From the NCBI GenBank assembly GCA_963663275.1, contig OY760183.1, positions 1,408,001-1,472,000 of the forward strand: a DNA stretch of 64,000 bases. The letters are read 5' to 3'. Shown one piece after another: positions 18,221 to 28,368 of this stretch. Made by a program: the position numbers and the translations under genes. The notes under the pieces are model-generated. The model was not told where the DNA came from and did not search any database. It worked only from the letters and a program-made list of their open reading frames with translations. Every line of letters starts with the position of its first letter. Within the stretch, counting starts at the first letter, position 1. Source of the stretch: Chloroflexota bacterium. GTDB taxonomy: Bacteria > Chloroflexota > UBA11872 > VXOZ01.

Positions 18221-18880
18221 ATGGAAGATTCTGTAGCTGCCGCCCCCCACTACGGCGTTGTGGGATTCTTCGTTCTCGGTACGCTCCTCTTCGCGTTTCT
18301 GGCATGGCGATTTGCCTTCAGCCCGGCACCCGTGTTCCGGCACTTCGGCATTGGCCTGGCCTGGACCGCGGCGGCGTTTGCCGTGTGGAGCGCCATCGTC
18401 TGGATTCGCCCGGAGAATCTGCACCTGTGGACGTCAGTTGGAGCGGCGCTGTTCTTCCCGGGCTATTTGTTCTTCCTGAACGCGGCCACCCACACCTGGC
18501 TGCCCAGGAACCGGCGTCTGGCGCTGGGCCTGGCCGGTCTGTACCTGGTGGCCCTGTTCGTCGTGCGCACGTTCATCGCGCCCTCCGAGCCTGGGTTCTC
18601 CGAACGCGGGCTGTTCTACTTCAACACCCAACCGCCCGTGCTGCTACTCTACATAATCTCGTTGGTTGGCGCGGTCATGTCGGCCGGGAACGCGGTTGCG
18701 CGCAACATCAGCGTGCCGTGGGTCTCCAGAGCGACCTCAGTCTGCATCAACCTGGTTGTCGTGTGCGCGGTAATTCTGCTTACCAGTTACGACGACGATC
18801 TGCAAACCTACAACGGCTATCTGCTGGGCGCCGCCCTCCTCGCCCTATCCGTGATCTACCTGCGCCGGAAACCGGCCTAG
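18221..18880 (+). CDS. Hypothetical integral membrane protein (about 7 TM helices)
   Basis: 219 aa with seven hydrophobic segments; AAGGAG RBS. Confidence 0.75.
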   Translation: MEDSVAAAPHYGVVGFFVLGTLLFAFLAWRFAFSPAPVFRHFGIGLAWTAAAFAVWSAIVWIRPENLHLWTSVGAALFFPGYLFFLNAATHTWLPRNRRLALGLAGLYLVALFVVRTFIAPSEPGFSERGLFYFNTQPPVLLLYIISLVGAVMSAGNAVARNISVPWVSRATSVCINLVVVCAVILLTSYDDDLQTYNGYLLGAALLALSVIYLRRKPA

Positions 18881-19021
18881 AGAGCGGCAACTCGACGCGC
18901 CGCGCCGTGAAAGGTGGATTGCCGCTCGCGGAGACCGCGCACGTCTCGAATTCTTGCTAACGGCGCTTCTATCCATTGAGAACGGGAAGGTCGAAGCGCT
19001 GGCTACAGGGCGAAAGACACG

Positions 19022-19774
19022 ATGGAAGCACTCTGTTTCGGCGTCGGTGAGAAGATCGTCTTTATTGGCGACAGCATCACCGACTGCGGGAGGCGCGCGG
19101 AGCCGCACGCGCCGTATGGGAACGGCTACGTCAGTCTGGCGCGCGCTTTGCTGCACGCGCGGTATCCGGCGCGCGGGCTGCGGATCGTCAACCGGGGCAT
19201 TGGCGGCAATACCATCCGCGATCTGGCGGCGCGCTGGCGGGAGGACGTGCTGGCGGAAGAACCGGATTGGCTCTCGGTAAAGGTCGGCATTAACGACGTG
19301 GGGCGTCTCATCATCGGCAATCTGACGGACCACGTGCCCATCGACGAATTTGAAGCCACGTACCGGTCGCTGTTGCGGCAAACCCCGGCCGCCGCCAACG
19401 GCAAGCTGATTCTGATGGAGCCTTATGTGATCGAGCCGCCGTTGGCGGGCGAGCCTGCGGCGGTTTCCGGCGTGAGTCTGGCGGAGGTGCAGGGGCAGTT
19501 CGGCGCTCTGCGCGCCAGCGGCGCGCGGGACGACGCGCTGCTCACCGCCGGCTGGATGTATTTCCGCGCCTACATCGACGCCTACCGCGCGGTGGTGCGC
19601 CGGCTGGCCGCGGAGTACGACGCGCTTCTCGTGCGCACCCAGGCTGCGTTCGATGAGGCTTTGGCCGCGCAGCCGCCCCACGTCTGGGCGGCGGACCGCA
19701 TCCATCCCGCATTGCCCGGCCATGCCGTCATCGCGCGCGCGTGGTTGGCGGCGGTAGGCTACGGCGACGTATGA
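19022..19774 (+). CDS. SGNH/GDSL hydrolase
   Basis: FIGDSIT, NRGIGG, GIND and DRIHP blocks. Confidence 0.92.
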   Translation: MEALCFGVGEKIVFIGDSITDCGRRAEPHAPYGNGYVSLARALLHARYPARGLRIVNRGIGGNTIRDLAARWREDVLAEEPDWLSVKVGINDVGRLIIGNLTDHVPIDEFEATYRSLLRQTPAAANGKLILMEPYVIEPPLAGEPAAVSGVSLAEVQGQFGALRASGARDDALLTAGWMYFRAYIDAYRAVVRRLAAEYDALLVRTQAAFDEALAAQPPHVWAADRIHPALPGHAVIARAWLAAVGYGDV

Positions 19775-19845
19775 TGCGGCGCGCCCCGGCGGCAATCTAA
19801 GCAATTGTAGTGAAGACGGCGCGCGGAGCGCATGAGGAGGGACGT

Positions 19846-20844
19846 GTGAGCACGAAGCTACGGGTCGGCATCGTCGGACTGGGCGGTAACGGCGGTCGTT
19901 TCCTGGACGCCTACGCCACCAACCCGCGCGCGGAAGTGGCCGCGGTCTGCGACGTGCGCGACGACCACCGCGAGGCTCTGCAAGAGCAATATGGCGTGGC
20001 GCACGGCTACGCGGACTTCGCGGCGCTGCTGCGCCATGACGAACTGGACCTGGTTTCCATCCATGCGCCGGATAGGCTCCACGCGCCCTTCACGCTGGAC
20101 GCGCTGGACGCCGAGAAGCACGTGTTCGTGGAAAAGCCCATGGCGACCAGCGTGGAGGACTGCCTGCGCGTGGTGGAACGCGCCGGCCGGGCCGCGACCC
20201 GGGTGGCGGCGGGGCACGTGCTGCGCACGCGGCCGTTCTATCGCATGGTCAAGCAGATGGTGGACGCCGGCGAACTGGGCACGCTCTACGCCATGCGCAC
20301 CCACTACCTGACGAGCGCGATGCGGCGCAGCGCCGGCTTTCTGGAAACGGCGAACAACAGCTACTCGCTGCCGATGCTCACTATGGGCGTGCATCCGGTC
20401 GACCTGATGCGCTGGTACGCCGGCGACATTGTGGAAGTACAGGCGATGGCGAACCGGGGCCTGGCGCTGCCGGGCAATCCCCGGGACGAATCGGTTACGG
20501 CGCTGTACCGCTTTGCTTCCGGGGCCACCGGCAGCATTACGGTGTGCTGGGCGTCGAACTATGTGTTCGACTCGTTCTACGGCCTGGAACTTCACGGCAG
20601 CGAGGCCAGCGTGGTGTGGGATAAGATTCATGGCAAAGAGGGGTTCGAGGCGAGGCCGCTGCCCAAGCCGCCGGAGACGGCGCGCCCCGGCTACGCCGCC
20701 GAGGTAGACAGCGTGGTGGATAGCCTCCTGGACGAGACGCCGCTCTTCTGCGACGTCCACGAGGGCGCGCGCAGCGCCATCGCGTGCCTGAAAGCCGTCG
20801 AAGCGGCGGAGACGGGCAAGACGCTGGCAGTGCCGAATCCCTAG
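19846..20844 (+). CDS. Gfo/Idh/MocA oxidoreductase
   Basis: GIVGLGG Rossmann motif, VEKPMA, HPVDL. Confidence 0.9.
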   Translation: MSTKLRVGIVGLGGNGGRFLDAYATNPRAEVAAVCDVRDDHREALQEQYGVAHGYADFAALLRHDELDLVSIHAPDRLHAPFTLDALDAEKHVFVEKPMATSVEDCLRVVERAGRAATRVAAGHVLRTRPFYRMVKQMVDAGELGTLYAMRTHYLTSAMRRSAGFLETANNSYSLPMLTMGVHPVDLMRWYAGDIVEVQAMANRGLALPGNPRDESVTALYRFASGATGSITVCWASNYVFDSFYGLELHGSEASVVWDKIHGKEGFEARPLPKPPETARPGYAAEVDSVVDSLLDETPLFCDVHEGARSAIACLKAVEAAETGKTLAVPNP

Positions 20845-20868
20845 CCGATATTGGCAATGTGTATACGA

Positions 20869-20903
20869 AGAAGCCCGGGGAGTTGAACACTCTCCGGGCT
20901 TCT
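20869..20903. terminator. Hairpin between convergent genes (probable bidirectional terminator)
   Basis: AGAAGCCCGGGGAGT-tgaac-ACTCTCCGGGCTTCT. Confidence 0.7.
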
Positions 20904-20949
20904 CGTTTCCAAACCGGTCTCGCGTCAGACGATGGGTAAAGCCGTCAGC

Positions 20950-22341
20950 CTACAGGTTGGCGGCGTTCCAGTCGTCCACGATTACCTGGCAGTCTTCCTC
21001 GGCCTTCTCCAACGCTTGCTGGGCGGTGGTCGCTTCTTCGCTCCACCACGGACTCATGGCGTCGGCGTAAGCGCCGCGCAACTCGCCGTACTGCGGATGC
21101 GGGAAGTACGGCTTGGCGTAATCGGCCGCGCGGGCGAAAGCCAGCAGGTTGGACGGATCCGGCTTCTCATCCGTCGGCACGAAGACCTCCTCGGCAATCG
21201 AGTTGATCGCCGGGATGATGTTGCCCTGGCCGCCGGTCCAGCTCAGGTGCTCCGGCCCGACCAAGAAGGAGAGGAACTCGGCGGCGGCGTCCAGCTTCTT
21301 GGTGGTGGCCACCGTGAAGATTTCCTCGATGCCGAAGAACGCGCCCTTGCCTTCCTGCCCGTCGCCCATCGCCGTCGGCTGCTCGACGATGTCGAAGTCT
21401 ACGCCGGCCTCGTGGCGCCGGATCGGCTCCAGGCCCCACGTGCCGTAGACGGCCATGGCGACTTTGCCGTTGGCGAACGAATTGAAGAACTGGGCGTCCT
21501 CCTGCCGGTTGTAGTCCTCGGCCCGCGGGCCGACCTCATACTTGGCCCAGTTGTCCCGCCACCATTGGACGGACTCCAGCCCCAAGGGGCCATTCACCGT
21601 CACCTCGGTGCCGCTATCGTCCATGAAGCCCTGATACATGCCCGCGATCCAGTAGGCGACGTAGTGAATGGTCGCCACGCCCCAGATCTTCTCATCGGAC
21701 GTGCTCAGACTGGCGGACACCTTCTGCGCCGCATCCAGCCGGTCTTCGAACGTGTCGCTATCCTGGGGATAGGGCACGCCGGCCCGGTCGAAGAGTTCCT
21801 TGTTGTAGAACCACGCCGTGGTGTTGATGCCGATCGGCGCCGCCACCAGCTTGCCCTGCCACGTAAGGCCGTTCACCAGCGTCTGGTTGAGCTGGCTCAT
21901 GTCGTACTTCAGGCCCTTGAGCAACTCGTTGGCGTCGTAGAGGATGCCGGCAAAGGGATGGATGCCCACGCCGAACCAGCCCATGTCCGGCGCCGCGCCG
22001 CCCGCCACCGTGGCGAGAAGCTTGGACCGGGGATTGCCGCCAAATGAACCGGCAACGTCCATTGTGTTCACGTGCACACCGGTCTCTTTGGAGTTGTAGG
22101 TCTCCAGGATCCACTCCAGCCAGCGGCTCTTGCCGGAGGAATAGTGGGGCCAGAGGAAGGTGATTTCGGTCGGTTCCGCCATGGCGGGCTTTTCCGCCTC
22201 GGCAGCCATCTCGCCGCCCTCAGCCGGCGCCGCCGGGGCCATGCCGCCCTGGGCGCAGGCGGCCAGCAGCGCCGTACCGCCAACCAGGGTCGCGCCGCCG
22301 CTCAAAAGCTGCCTTCTTGAAATCCGCTTATCGCCAATCAT
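20950..22341 (-). CDS. ABC carbohydrate-type solute-binding lipoprotein (Tat signal)
   Basis: SRRQLL twin-arginine motif, LAAC lipobox, FYNKELFDRAGV and FANGKVAM. Confidence 0.9.
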   Translation of the reverse strand: MIGDKRISRRQLLSGGATLVGGTALLAACAQGGMAPAAPAEGGEMAAEAEKPAMAEPTEITFLWPHYSSGKSRWLEWILETYNSKETGVHVNTMDVAGSFGGNPRSKLLATVAGGAAPDMGWFGVGIHPFAGILYDANELLKGLKYDMSQLNQTLVNGLTWQGKLVAAPIGINTTAWFYNKELFDRAGVPYPQDSDTFEDRLDAAQKVSASLSTSDEKIWGVATIHYVAYWIAGMYQGFMDDSGTEVTVNGPLGLESVQWWRDNWAKYEVGPRAEDYNRQEDAQFFNSFANGKVAMAVYGTWGLEPIRRHEAGVDFDIVEQPTAMGDGQEGKGAFFGIEEIFTVATTKKLDAAAEFLSFLVGPEHLSWTGGQGNIIPAINSIAEEVFVPTDEKPDPSNLLAFARAADYAKPYFPHPQYGELRGAYADAMSPWWSEEATTAQQALEKAEEDCQVIVDDWNAANL

Positions 22342-22541
22342 GCAAGACCTCCTTCAATGGTCTTTCGTACACGTTCCACACTGCCCTGATCGTATCAACT
22401 ACCTTGGCAGCATCATTACTATACCATAACCCCGTTCGCGTCGTGGAGCAGGGCGCGCTTGGACGCACGCGCCGTAATCTTCGCGCGAGCGCAATGGACG
22501 GAAGGCACAGAGCGGCAATGGAATATGCGTTTTACGCGGAA

Positions 22542-22820
22542 CTAAGGCAGGACGTCCAAGAACAGCGCCAGCAGGAAGCCGAACGCCGCGATGACCAAGG
22601 CGGCCGTGGTGAAGACGAGACCGACGAGCCAGCGCTGCTGCGCGCTGAAACGGTCGGCAATGTCTACTTTCAAGTCGGCGATTGCCGCGTTCAACGCATC
22701 CGTCGTCACAAGGTTGTCGCGGCGGTCGTGTATCGCCTCAACCAGCACCGCGGCGTGGCGCTCGGGTATACCCGCCTGCACAAACGCCGTATAGGTCTTG
22801 TGGGTGTCAAAGACGGCCAT
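22542..22820 (-). CDS. Small DUF1640/CCDC90-like coiled-coil membrane protein
   Basis: FDTHK...AGIPERHA head, LVTTD neck, coiled coil, C-terminal TM helix. Confidence 0.75.
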   Translation of the reverse strand: MAVFDTHKTYTAFVQAGIPERHAAVLVEAIHDRRDNLVTTDALNAAIADLKVDIADRFSAQQRWLVGLVFTTAALVIAAFGFLLALFLDVLP

Positions 22821-22878
22821 CGATTACTCCCTCTCTCGGTTGGAAACCACTCCCGTCACTCAGTGCGGCGCGCCGGCG

Positions 22879-23313
22879 CTAGGCCACCGTCCAGAAGCGC
22901 GGTATCATTTCAAGGGCCGCCAGGATGATGACGATTGCGGCCAAGGCGACGCCGATGAGCCACTTCACCTGCGCGTTGTGGCGGTTGGCGAGGTCAATCT
23001 TGATGTCGGCCTTGAAGTCGGTAAAATCGGTGCGCAGCCTCTCCATGCTCGAGTTCTGATCGGACCGCAGCGCCTCCATGTCGGTGCGCAGCCTCTCCAT
23101 GCTCGAGTTCTGATCGGACCGCAGCGTCTCCATATCGGTGCGCAGCGTCTCCATGTTGGTGCGCAAATTCGCCATATCGGTACGCGAATTCGCCGCGATC
23201 AACTCTATGGCGTGCCGCAATTCCGCAAAGCCGGCGTCTATGCGGGGCTCCAGCGCCTTCAACTCAGCCTTGGTGGCGTAGTCTTCCGGCGGCCGCTCTA
23301 CCTCTGTTGCCAT
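22879..23313 (-). CDS. DUF1640-like coiled-coil membrane protein with internal repeats
   Basis: YATKAEL neck, LRTDM heptad/hendecad repeats, C-terminal TM helix (KWLIG). Confidence 0.7.
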   Translation of the reverse strand: MATEVERPPEDYATKAELKALEPRIDAGFAELRHAIELIAANSRTDMANLRTNMETLRTDMETLRSDQNSSMERLRTDMEALRSDQNSSMERLRTDFTDFKADIKIDLANRHNAQVKWLIGVALAAIVIILAALEMIPRFWTVA

Positions 23314-23409
23314 GGCGCGCTACCTGTTGCTTCTCGCTTCATGCGTATCAGCCGCGTCTATCTTCACCGTACACCCGCAAACTACAGGCGGTCAAGCCTC
23401 GCGCGTTCT

Positions 23410-23520
23410 CCCTCACCCCGGCCCTCTCCCCAGGGAGAGGGAGAAAAGAGCGTGACTGACCGGCCTCTCCCCAGGGAGAGGGTGTCCTGAGCGCGTCCGA
23501 CCAGTGCTATGCAAAGGACT
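23410..23520. repeat. Two CCTCTCCC-CAG-GGAGAGGG hairpins plus a degenerate IS end
   Basis: ccctcaccccggccctctccccagggagaggg, a second shorter copy, and ctatgcaaaggact at about 23507. Confidence 0.65.
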
Positions 23521-23579
23521 TCCCCAGAGGGAAGCAGGCTCAGTGCTTAGCTATTTGCCAGTCCTACGTTGTTTCGGCG

Positions 23580-24560
23580 CTAGAGCGGCAGAATGACGTC
23601 TCCGCCTTGCTCGGCGGACATGAACGTTGCCAGGCACACTTCCAGGGCGCGGCGGCCGTCGTGGCCGTCGGGCATGGGTGTCCCGCCGGAGCGGGCGCAG
23701 TCGTAGAACGCGGCCAGTTGGTTGCGCATGCCCACGCTGTGGGACTCGACCTCGATCTGCTCGCGGTTGCCGTCGTGGGTAACCAGGAGCGGGTCGGCGT
23801 GCCTGTTGATGTGAATCGCGCCCTTAGTGCCGGCCAAGCCAAAGTTCGAGGCCCCCGCCGGGTAGATCTGGCTGCTGTGCAAGGAGCCAATCGCCCCGTT
23901 CTCGTAATTCAGGGTCGTAATGAAGGTGTCCTCCAGGTCGGTGTTGGCAAACGTGCCGAACGTGGCGTTGCCGTGCACGGAGGCCACCGGGCCGCCCATC
24001 CAGAGCAGCAGGTCGAGTTCGTGCACGGAGGATGACCAGGTGCCGCCCACCAACTTCCGGTCCAGGCGCCACTCGCCCACGCCCACCGGCGGCCGCCCGC
24101 TCAGGCGCGTGGACCACGCCAGCTTGAGGTCGCCGATGTCGCCGTTCTCCAGCCGCTTGTGTATCTCGACGTAGAGCGGCCAGTAGCGCATCACGAAGCC
24201 CAGCATCAGGGGCACGCCGTTTGAGTCGGCGGCCGCGATCATGGCGTCGCAGTCGTCGAGTTGCAGCGCCATCGGCTTCTCGCAGAAGACGGCAATGCCG
24301 GCGTTGGCCGCATCCACGCAGATTTCCCGGTGCGTCCAAGTGGGCGTCACCACCAGAATGGCGTCGAGCCCTTCGTCGATGAGGTCGCCGTGGTGTGAAA
24401 AAGCCTTGACGCCAAGCTCGTCCGCTACCGCCTGGGCGGACTCGATGTTCACGTCCACCACGCCTACCAGTTCGATGCCGTCCATCTCGTGGGAAATCTT
24501 CGCTTCGCTCGGCCCCAGGCCGCCGCAGCCGATTACTCCGGTTCGCAACGCGCTTGCCAT
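23580..24560 (-). CDS. Gfo/Idh/MocA oxidoreductase
   Basis: GVIGCGG, CEKPMA and HELDL motifs. Confidence 0.9.
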   Translation of the reverse strand: MASALRTGVIGCGGLGPSEAKISHEMDGIELVGVVDVNIESAQAVADELGVKAFSHHGDLIDEGLDAILVVTPTWTHREICVDAANAGIAVFCEKPMALQLDDCDAMIAAADSNGVPLMLGFVMRYWPLYVEIHKRLENGDIGDLKLAWSTRLSGRPPVGVGEWRLDRKLVGGTWSSSVHELDLLLWMGGPVASVHGNATFGTFANTDLEDTFITTLNYENGAIGSLHSSQIYPAGASNFGLAGTKGAIHINRHADPLLVTHDGNREQIEVESHSVGMRNQLAAFYDCARSGGTPMPDGHDGRRALEVCLATFMSAEQGGDVILPL

Positions 24561-24756
24561 AGCCGCCTCTCCTTGCTAACTGGAAATTGGACACGTCCGT
24601 TCGCCTTACGCGAATTTGGACACCATGATAGCAGGTAGTATCGTCATTTGGGAACTGGGCGGCCGCGCTGAGAGCGCCGGGTCGATGCTGCCCCGAACGG
24701 ACTAATGCCGTTACAATAGAGCCATCGGAATCAGCGCAGTCACGCAGGAGTACACC

Positions 24757-25800
24757 ATGGCGGAAACGTATCGCGTCGGCATCATCGGTTGCGGGTGGAT
24801 GGGAAAGGCGCACGCGCAGGCCTATGCCGAGTTGGACAACGTGGAGATAACGGCCGCGTCCGACACCCATCCCAAGGCTTTAGCGGAGTTGCGGGAAGAG
24901 CACGGCATCGGCCGCGGTTACGCCGACTACCGGGAGATGCTGGACGCGGAAGACCTGGACATCGTCAGCGTCTGCTCGTGGCCGGGGCTGCACGCGCCCA
25001 TGTCGATTGCCGCCGCCGAGGCCGGCGTGCCCGGCATCATCTGCGAAAAGCCCATGGCGCGCACGCTGGCCGAGGCCGACGCGATGATCGCCGCCGCGGA
25101 AGCGCACGGCGCCAAGCTGGTGATCGGTCACCAGGGCCGCTTTCGCGAACAGACGAACGCTATCCGGAATCTCATCGCCGACGGCGCGATCGGCCGGGTG
25201 GAGATGCTCTATATCCAGCAGAGCGGCGGCTTGACCAATAGCTCCATTCACAACGTGGACTACGCGCGCTACATTCTGGGCGATCCGCAGGTGGCGTGGG
25301 TGATGGGTTCCGTCGAGCGGCGCACCGACCGCTACGAGCGCGCCGAGCGCATCGAGGACCGCGCCCAGGCGCTCATTGGCTTTGCCGGCGGCGTGCGCGG
25401 CGTCCTGGAATCGGACATTGGCGACGACCGGCGGGTGCAGCCCTGCATCGTCTACGGCTCCCACGGCAGCATCTTTCCCGTGAGCGGCGGCATCCGCCTG
25501 CTGACGCCGAACGGCAACACCGAGTTTTCGTACAACGAGCCGAATGCCCAGGCGCTCCAGGCGAAGGAGTTGATCGAGTGGATGGAAGGGCGGCGCGAGC
25601 ACCGGGGACACGCGGAAAATGGCCGCCAGGCGCTGGAAGTGTTGCTGGCGATCGCGGCCTCCACCTACACGCGCGGCATCGTCAATCTGCCGCTGGAAAT
25701 CACGGATAATCCGCTGGAGCTTGCCGTGGACGCGGGCGCGCTGCCGGTGGAGAAGCCGGGCGCGTACGACATCCGGGGCTATCTGGTGCGCAAGGACTAG
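24757..25800 (+). CDS. Gfo/Idh/MocA oxidoreductase
   Basis: GIIGCGWMG, CEKPMA and HNVD motifs. Confidence 0.9.
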   Translation: MAETYRVGIIGCGWMGKAHAQAYAELDNVEITAASDTHPKALAELREEHGIGRGYADYREMLDAEDLDIVSVCSWPGLHAPMSIAAAEAGVPGIICEKPMARTLAEADAMIAAAEAHGAKLVIGHQGRFREQTNAIRNLIADGAIGRVEMLYIQQSGGLTNSSIHNVDYARYILGDPQVAWVMGSVERRTDRYERAERIEDRAQALIGFAGGVRGVLESDIGDDRRVQPCIVYGSHGSIFPVSGGIRLLTPNGNTEFSYNEPNAQALQAKELIEWMEGRREHRGHAENGRQALEVLLAIAASTYTRGIVNLPLEITDNPLELAVDAGALPVEKPGAYDIRGYLVRKD

Positions 25801-26005
25801 GCGGAGTACACTGAGACAGAGAACGCGACCGCGCATCTGGCTATCACTTTCTTTCATAGATTCGTCTAGAAGAGCGCCGGGCAGTCCGGTAGCGCAGGTT
25901 TGTAACCTGCGACCCAAGACTGCACACTATTGGCAGAAATGAGGTCAAAGACACGGTCGCACGTACTCAATTCTTGGAACAGCGGACAGCAAAGGAGCAT
26001 TCAAC

Positions 26006-27052
26006 ATGGCCGTACAAAGTGCGCGTGCACTAACGCAGGACGAGTTGGCGGCGAAGCTGGACGAGCAGCCGCGGGTTGCGTTGGGCACGTTTCCCACGCC
26101 GCTGGACGCATGTCCCCGGCTCTCCGAGGCCGTCGGCGGGCCGCCGATCTACATCAAGCGCGACGACCTGACCGGTCTTGCTTTAGGCGGCAACAAGACG
26201 CGCAACCTGGAGTTTCAGTTGGGGCAGGCGGTGGCAACCGGCTGCGACAGCGTGGTGGCCGGGGCCGACACCCAGTCCAACCAGTGCCGCCAGGCCGCGG
26301 CGGCCAGCGCCAAGCTGGGGCTCGATTGCTTCCTGGTGCTCGCCGGCGGCATCCACAGCGAGGTGCAGGGCAACCTGCTGCTCGACCACATCTTTGGCGC
26401 GGACGTTACCGTGCTGCACGACGCCAACCTCGACAACCTGCAGGCGCGCATCGATCCGGTCGAGGCGGAACTGCGCGCCCAGGGACGCAAGCCCTACCGC
26501 ATCACGAGCGCCTATCCCGATCCCGCGCTGCGGGCAATGTGCGGCTACCTGAGTTGCGCGCTGGAGCTATCGACGCAGCTTTCCTCTCTGCCGCAAATGC
26601 CCGGCGCCATCTTCATCACCTCCGGTTCCGGCACCACCCACGCGGGCTTCGCCGGCGGCATCAAGGCGCTGGGGTTGCCCATCCCGGTCGTCGGCGTCTC
26701 CATCAAAGACCCCGCCGGCCAACAGCGCGCCAACGTCGCCCGGCGATCGCAGACCCTTGCGGAACAGCTTGACATTCCGTGCGCCCTCTCAGAGGACGAG
26801 GTGATCGTCACGGACGACTATCTGGGCGCCGAATACGGCGTAACCACGGCGGAGGGCATGGAAGCGATCCGGCTCACGGGACGGCACGAGGGCATCCTGC
26901 TCGATCCGGTCTACACCGGCAAGACCATGTCCGGCCTCATCAGCTATGCGCGCGCCGGCAAACTGCCCGCCGATCAGCCGGTAATCATGGTACACACCGG
27001 CGGCATTCCGGCGCTCTTTGCCTACCACGAAGAACTGGCGGCCGCGCTCTAG
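26006..27052 (+). CDS. D-cysteine desulfhydrase-family PLP enzyme
   Basis: KRDDLTG..GGNK PLP lysine, QSNQ, DPVYTGK and HTGG (Thr/Thr signature rather than the Glu/Leu of ACC deaminase). Confidence 0.85.
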   Translation: MAVQSARALTQDELAAKLDEQPRVALGTFPTPLDACPRLSEAVGGPPIYIKRDDLTGLALGGNKTRNLEFQLGQAVATGCDSVVAGADTQSNQCRQAAAASAKLGLDCFLVLAGGIHSEVQGNLLLDHIFGADVTVLHDANLDNLQARIDPVEAELRAQGRKPYRITSAYPDPALRAMCGYLSCALELSTQLSSLPQMPGAIFITSGSGTTHAGFAGGIKALGLPIPVVGVSIKDPAGQQRANVARRSQTLAEQLDIPCALSEDEVIVTDDYLGAEYGVTTAEGMEAIRLTGRHEGILLDPVYTGKTMSGLISYARAGKLPADQPVIMVHTGGIPALFAYHEELAAAL

Positions 27053-27130
27053 GCCGCGCGCCGCGCGGATCACCCACGCGACTATGCCGAGTGCAGACGG
27101 GGTGCGGGGCGGCGGCTGACCAACGCTAGC

Positions 27131-27511
27131 CTAGCCCGCCGTGCCATCCTTGCGTCTGTGGAGAAGGATCAGGTTGCCGTCCGGGTCGGCGATCCCGGCC
27201 GCGTGACAGGTTTCCTGTTCGCCTGGCTCGAGCGCCACGTCCACGCCCTGGGCGCGCAATTCGTCAACGGCTCGCGCTACATCTTCGACCGCCAGCGCGA
27301 TGGCGCCGCCGCGAAACTCTCCATGCTCGGCATGGTCACCATGAGCGGCGCGCAGCGCGAGCACCGTTGGCGTGTCGCCGACCGCGAATTCCACCCATCC
27401 CGGACCGATCCATGCGGAGAGCGTCAGGCCCAGCGTGTGCTCGTAGAAGGCCGCGCTCTTGCGGATGTCGCTGACGGTGTAGCAAAAGAAATCGACGCCT
27501 CTCGGATTCAT
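27131..27511 (-). CDS. VOC (glyoxalase/bleomycin resistance) family protein
   Basis: VSDIRKSAAFYEHTLGL, LAVEDV and DPDGNLILL motifs. Confidence 0.88.
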   Translation of the reverse strand: MNPRGVDFFCYTVSDIRKSAAFYEHTLGLTLSAWIGPGWVEFAVGDTPTVLALRAAHGDHAEHGEFRGGAIALAVEDVARAVDELRAQGVDVALEPGEQETCHAAGIADPDGNLILLHRRKDGTAG

Positions 27512-27698
27512 CAGGCTCTCCGAATTGATTTGATACACATCGTCTTGGCGGCGCGCCGACGCGCGCCGCGCTTGCCTTGGCAGTCGCGCGAAGGAAGTAC
27601 AGCGCACACTTATGATCAAGGTTTTGCTAGCGCAAGACTGTGGTATTATGATGGCACAGAATGAAGAGACGCTACAATCTACCGGAAAGGCGCGTCCA

Positions 27699-27953
27699 AT
27701 GGAGAATTATGAGTTTTGGGCGACGATCGCCGCTATCATAATCGCGGCAATTGCCGTCGTTGCGTTCATATCCAACCAGCAGAATAAGTTCGAGAGCCGG
27801 ATGGAAACGCGATTGAATCTGATGGAATCCCGGTTCGAGAACCGCTTTGTCCAGATTGAGAATCGCCTGGCCGGTCTAGAGCAGCGTGTATCCACCATCG
27901 AAGGGTGGATCATGGGAAGGTCGGGGCCTCCAAATCCGCCGGCCGCTGACTAA
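27699..27953 (+). CDS. Small membrane-anchored coiled-coil protein
   Basis: N-terminal TM helix followed by heptads (RMETRL..MESRFENRF..IENRL..LEQRV..IEG). Confidence 0.65.
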   Translation: MENYEFWATIAAIIIAAIAVVAFISNQQNKFESRMETRLNLMESRFENRFVQIENRLAGLEQRVSTIEGWIMGRSGPPNPPAAD

Positions 27954-28245
27954 CGCCTGGAAAAATTTGGCATTTAAGGGCATTCACGGCGCTCTCCACT
28001 GCCTCTTCTCATTGAGGGTCAACACGTGCCGCGGAATGTGATTCCGGTTGCGTTCTCCATCCGGCCTTCTTCCCCAAGAAATCTCTCTCCCGTCCAAAAT
28101 TGCCGTGAACCTGTCGTGCCCTGAGATTGCGGACACGTCCGTTCGCAAGGATCCTCTATTCGCGCGCCATGTCCTCTCAGCGTGAAGTGGCGCAGCCCTC
28201 CCGGACCACTGGCGGCCAGGCCGCCGCGCGGTTGTGTAAACGACA

Positions 28246-28271
28246 AACACACATTTAGGTGTATGTGTGTT
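28246..28271. promoter_or_regulatory. Putative repressor operator upstream of the solute-binding protein gene
   Basis: AACACACAT-N8-ATGTGTGTT perfect inverted repeat abutting a TACCAT -10-like hexamer. Confidence 0.5.
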
Positions 28272-28368
28272 ACCATGTTGTCGGACTTAGTGCCATTTCA
28301 TCAAGTAGGCGTAGTATTCAGCAGGGCTTCCGCACTCAAGGGTGCGAGATTAGAGGAGGTACGGTGCA

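Noticed and set aside
17601-18880. Prophage or integrative element boundary at the integrase-like gene
   Set aside because: No catalytic domain, att-like repeat, tRNA or phage genes nearby
26006-27052. ACC deaminase (acdS)
   Set aside because: Has DPVYTGK/HTGG rather than the diagnostic Glu/Leu (DPVYEGK/HLGG)
27984-28250. Glycine-riboswitch-like words (GGAGAG, CTCAGG) on the minus strand
   Set aside because: Order and spacing do not fit the aptamer and there is no suitable downstream gene; an Infernal search would be needed
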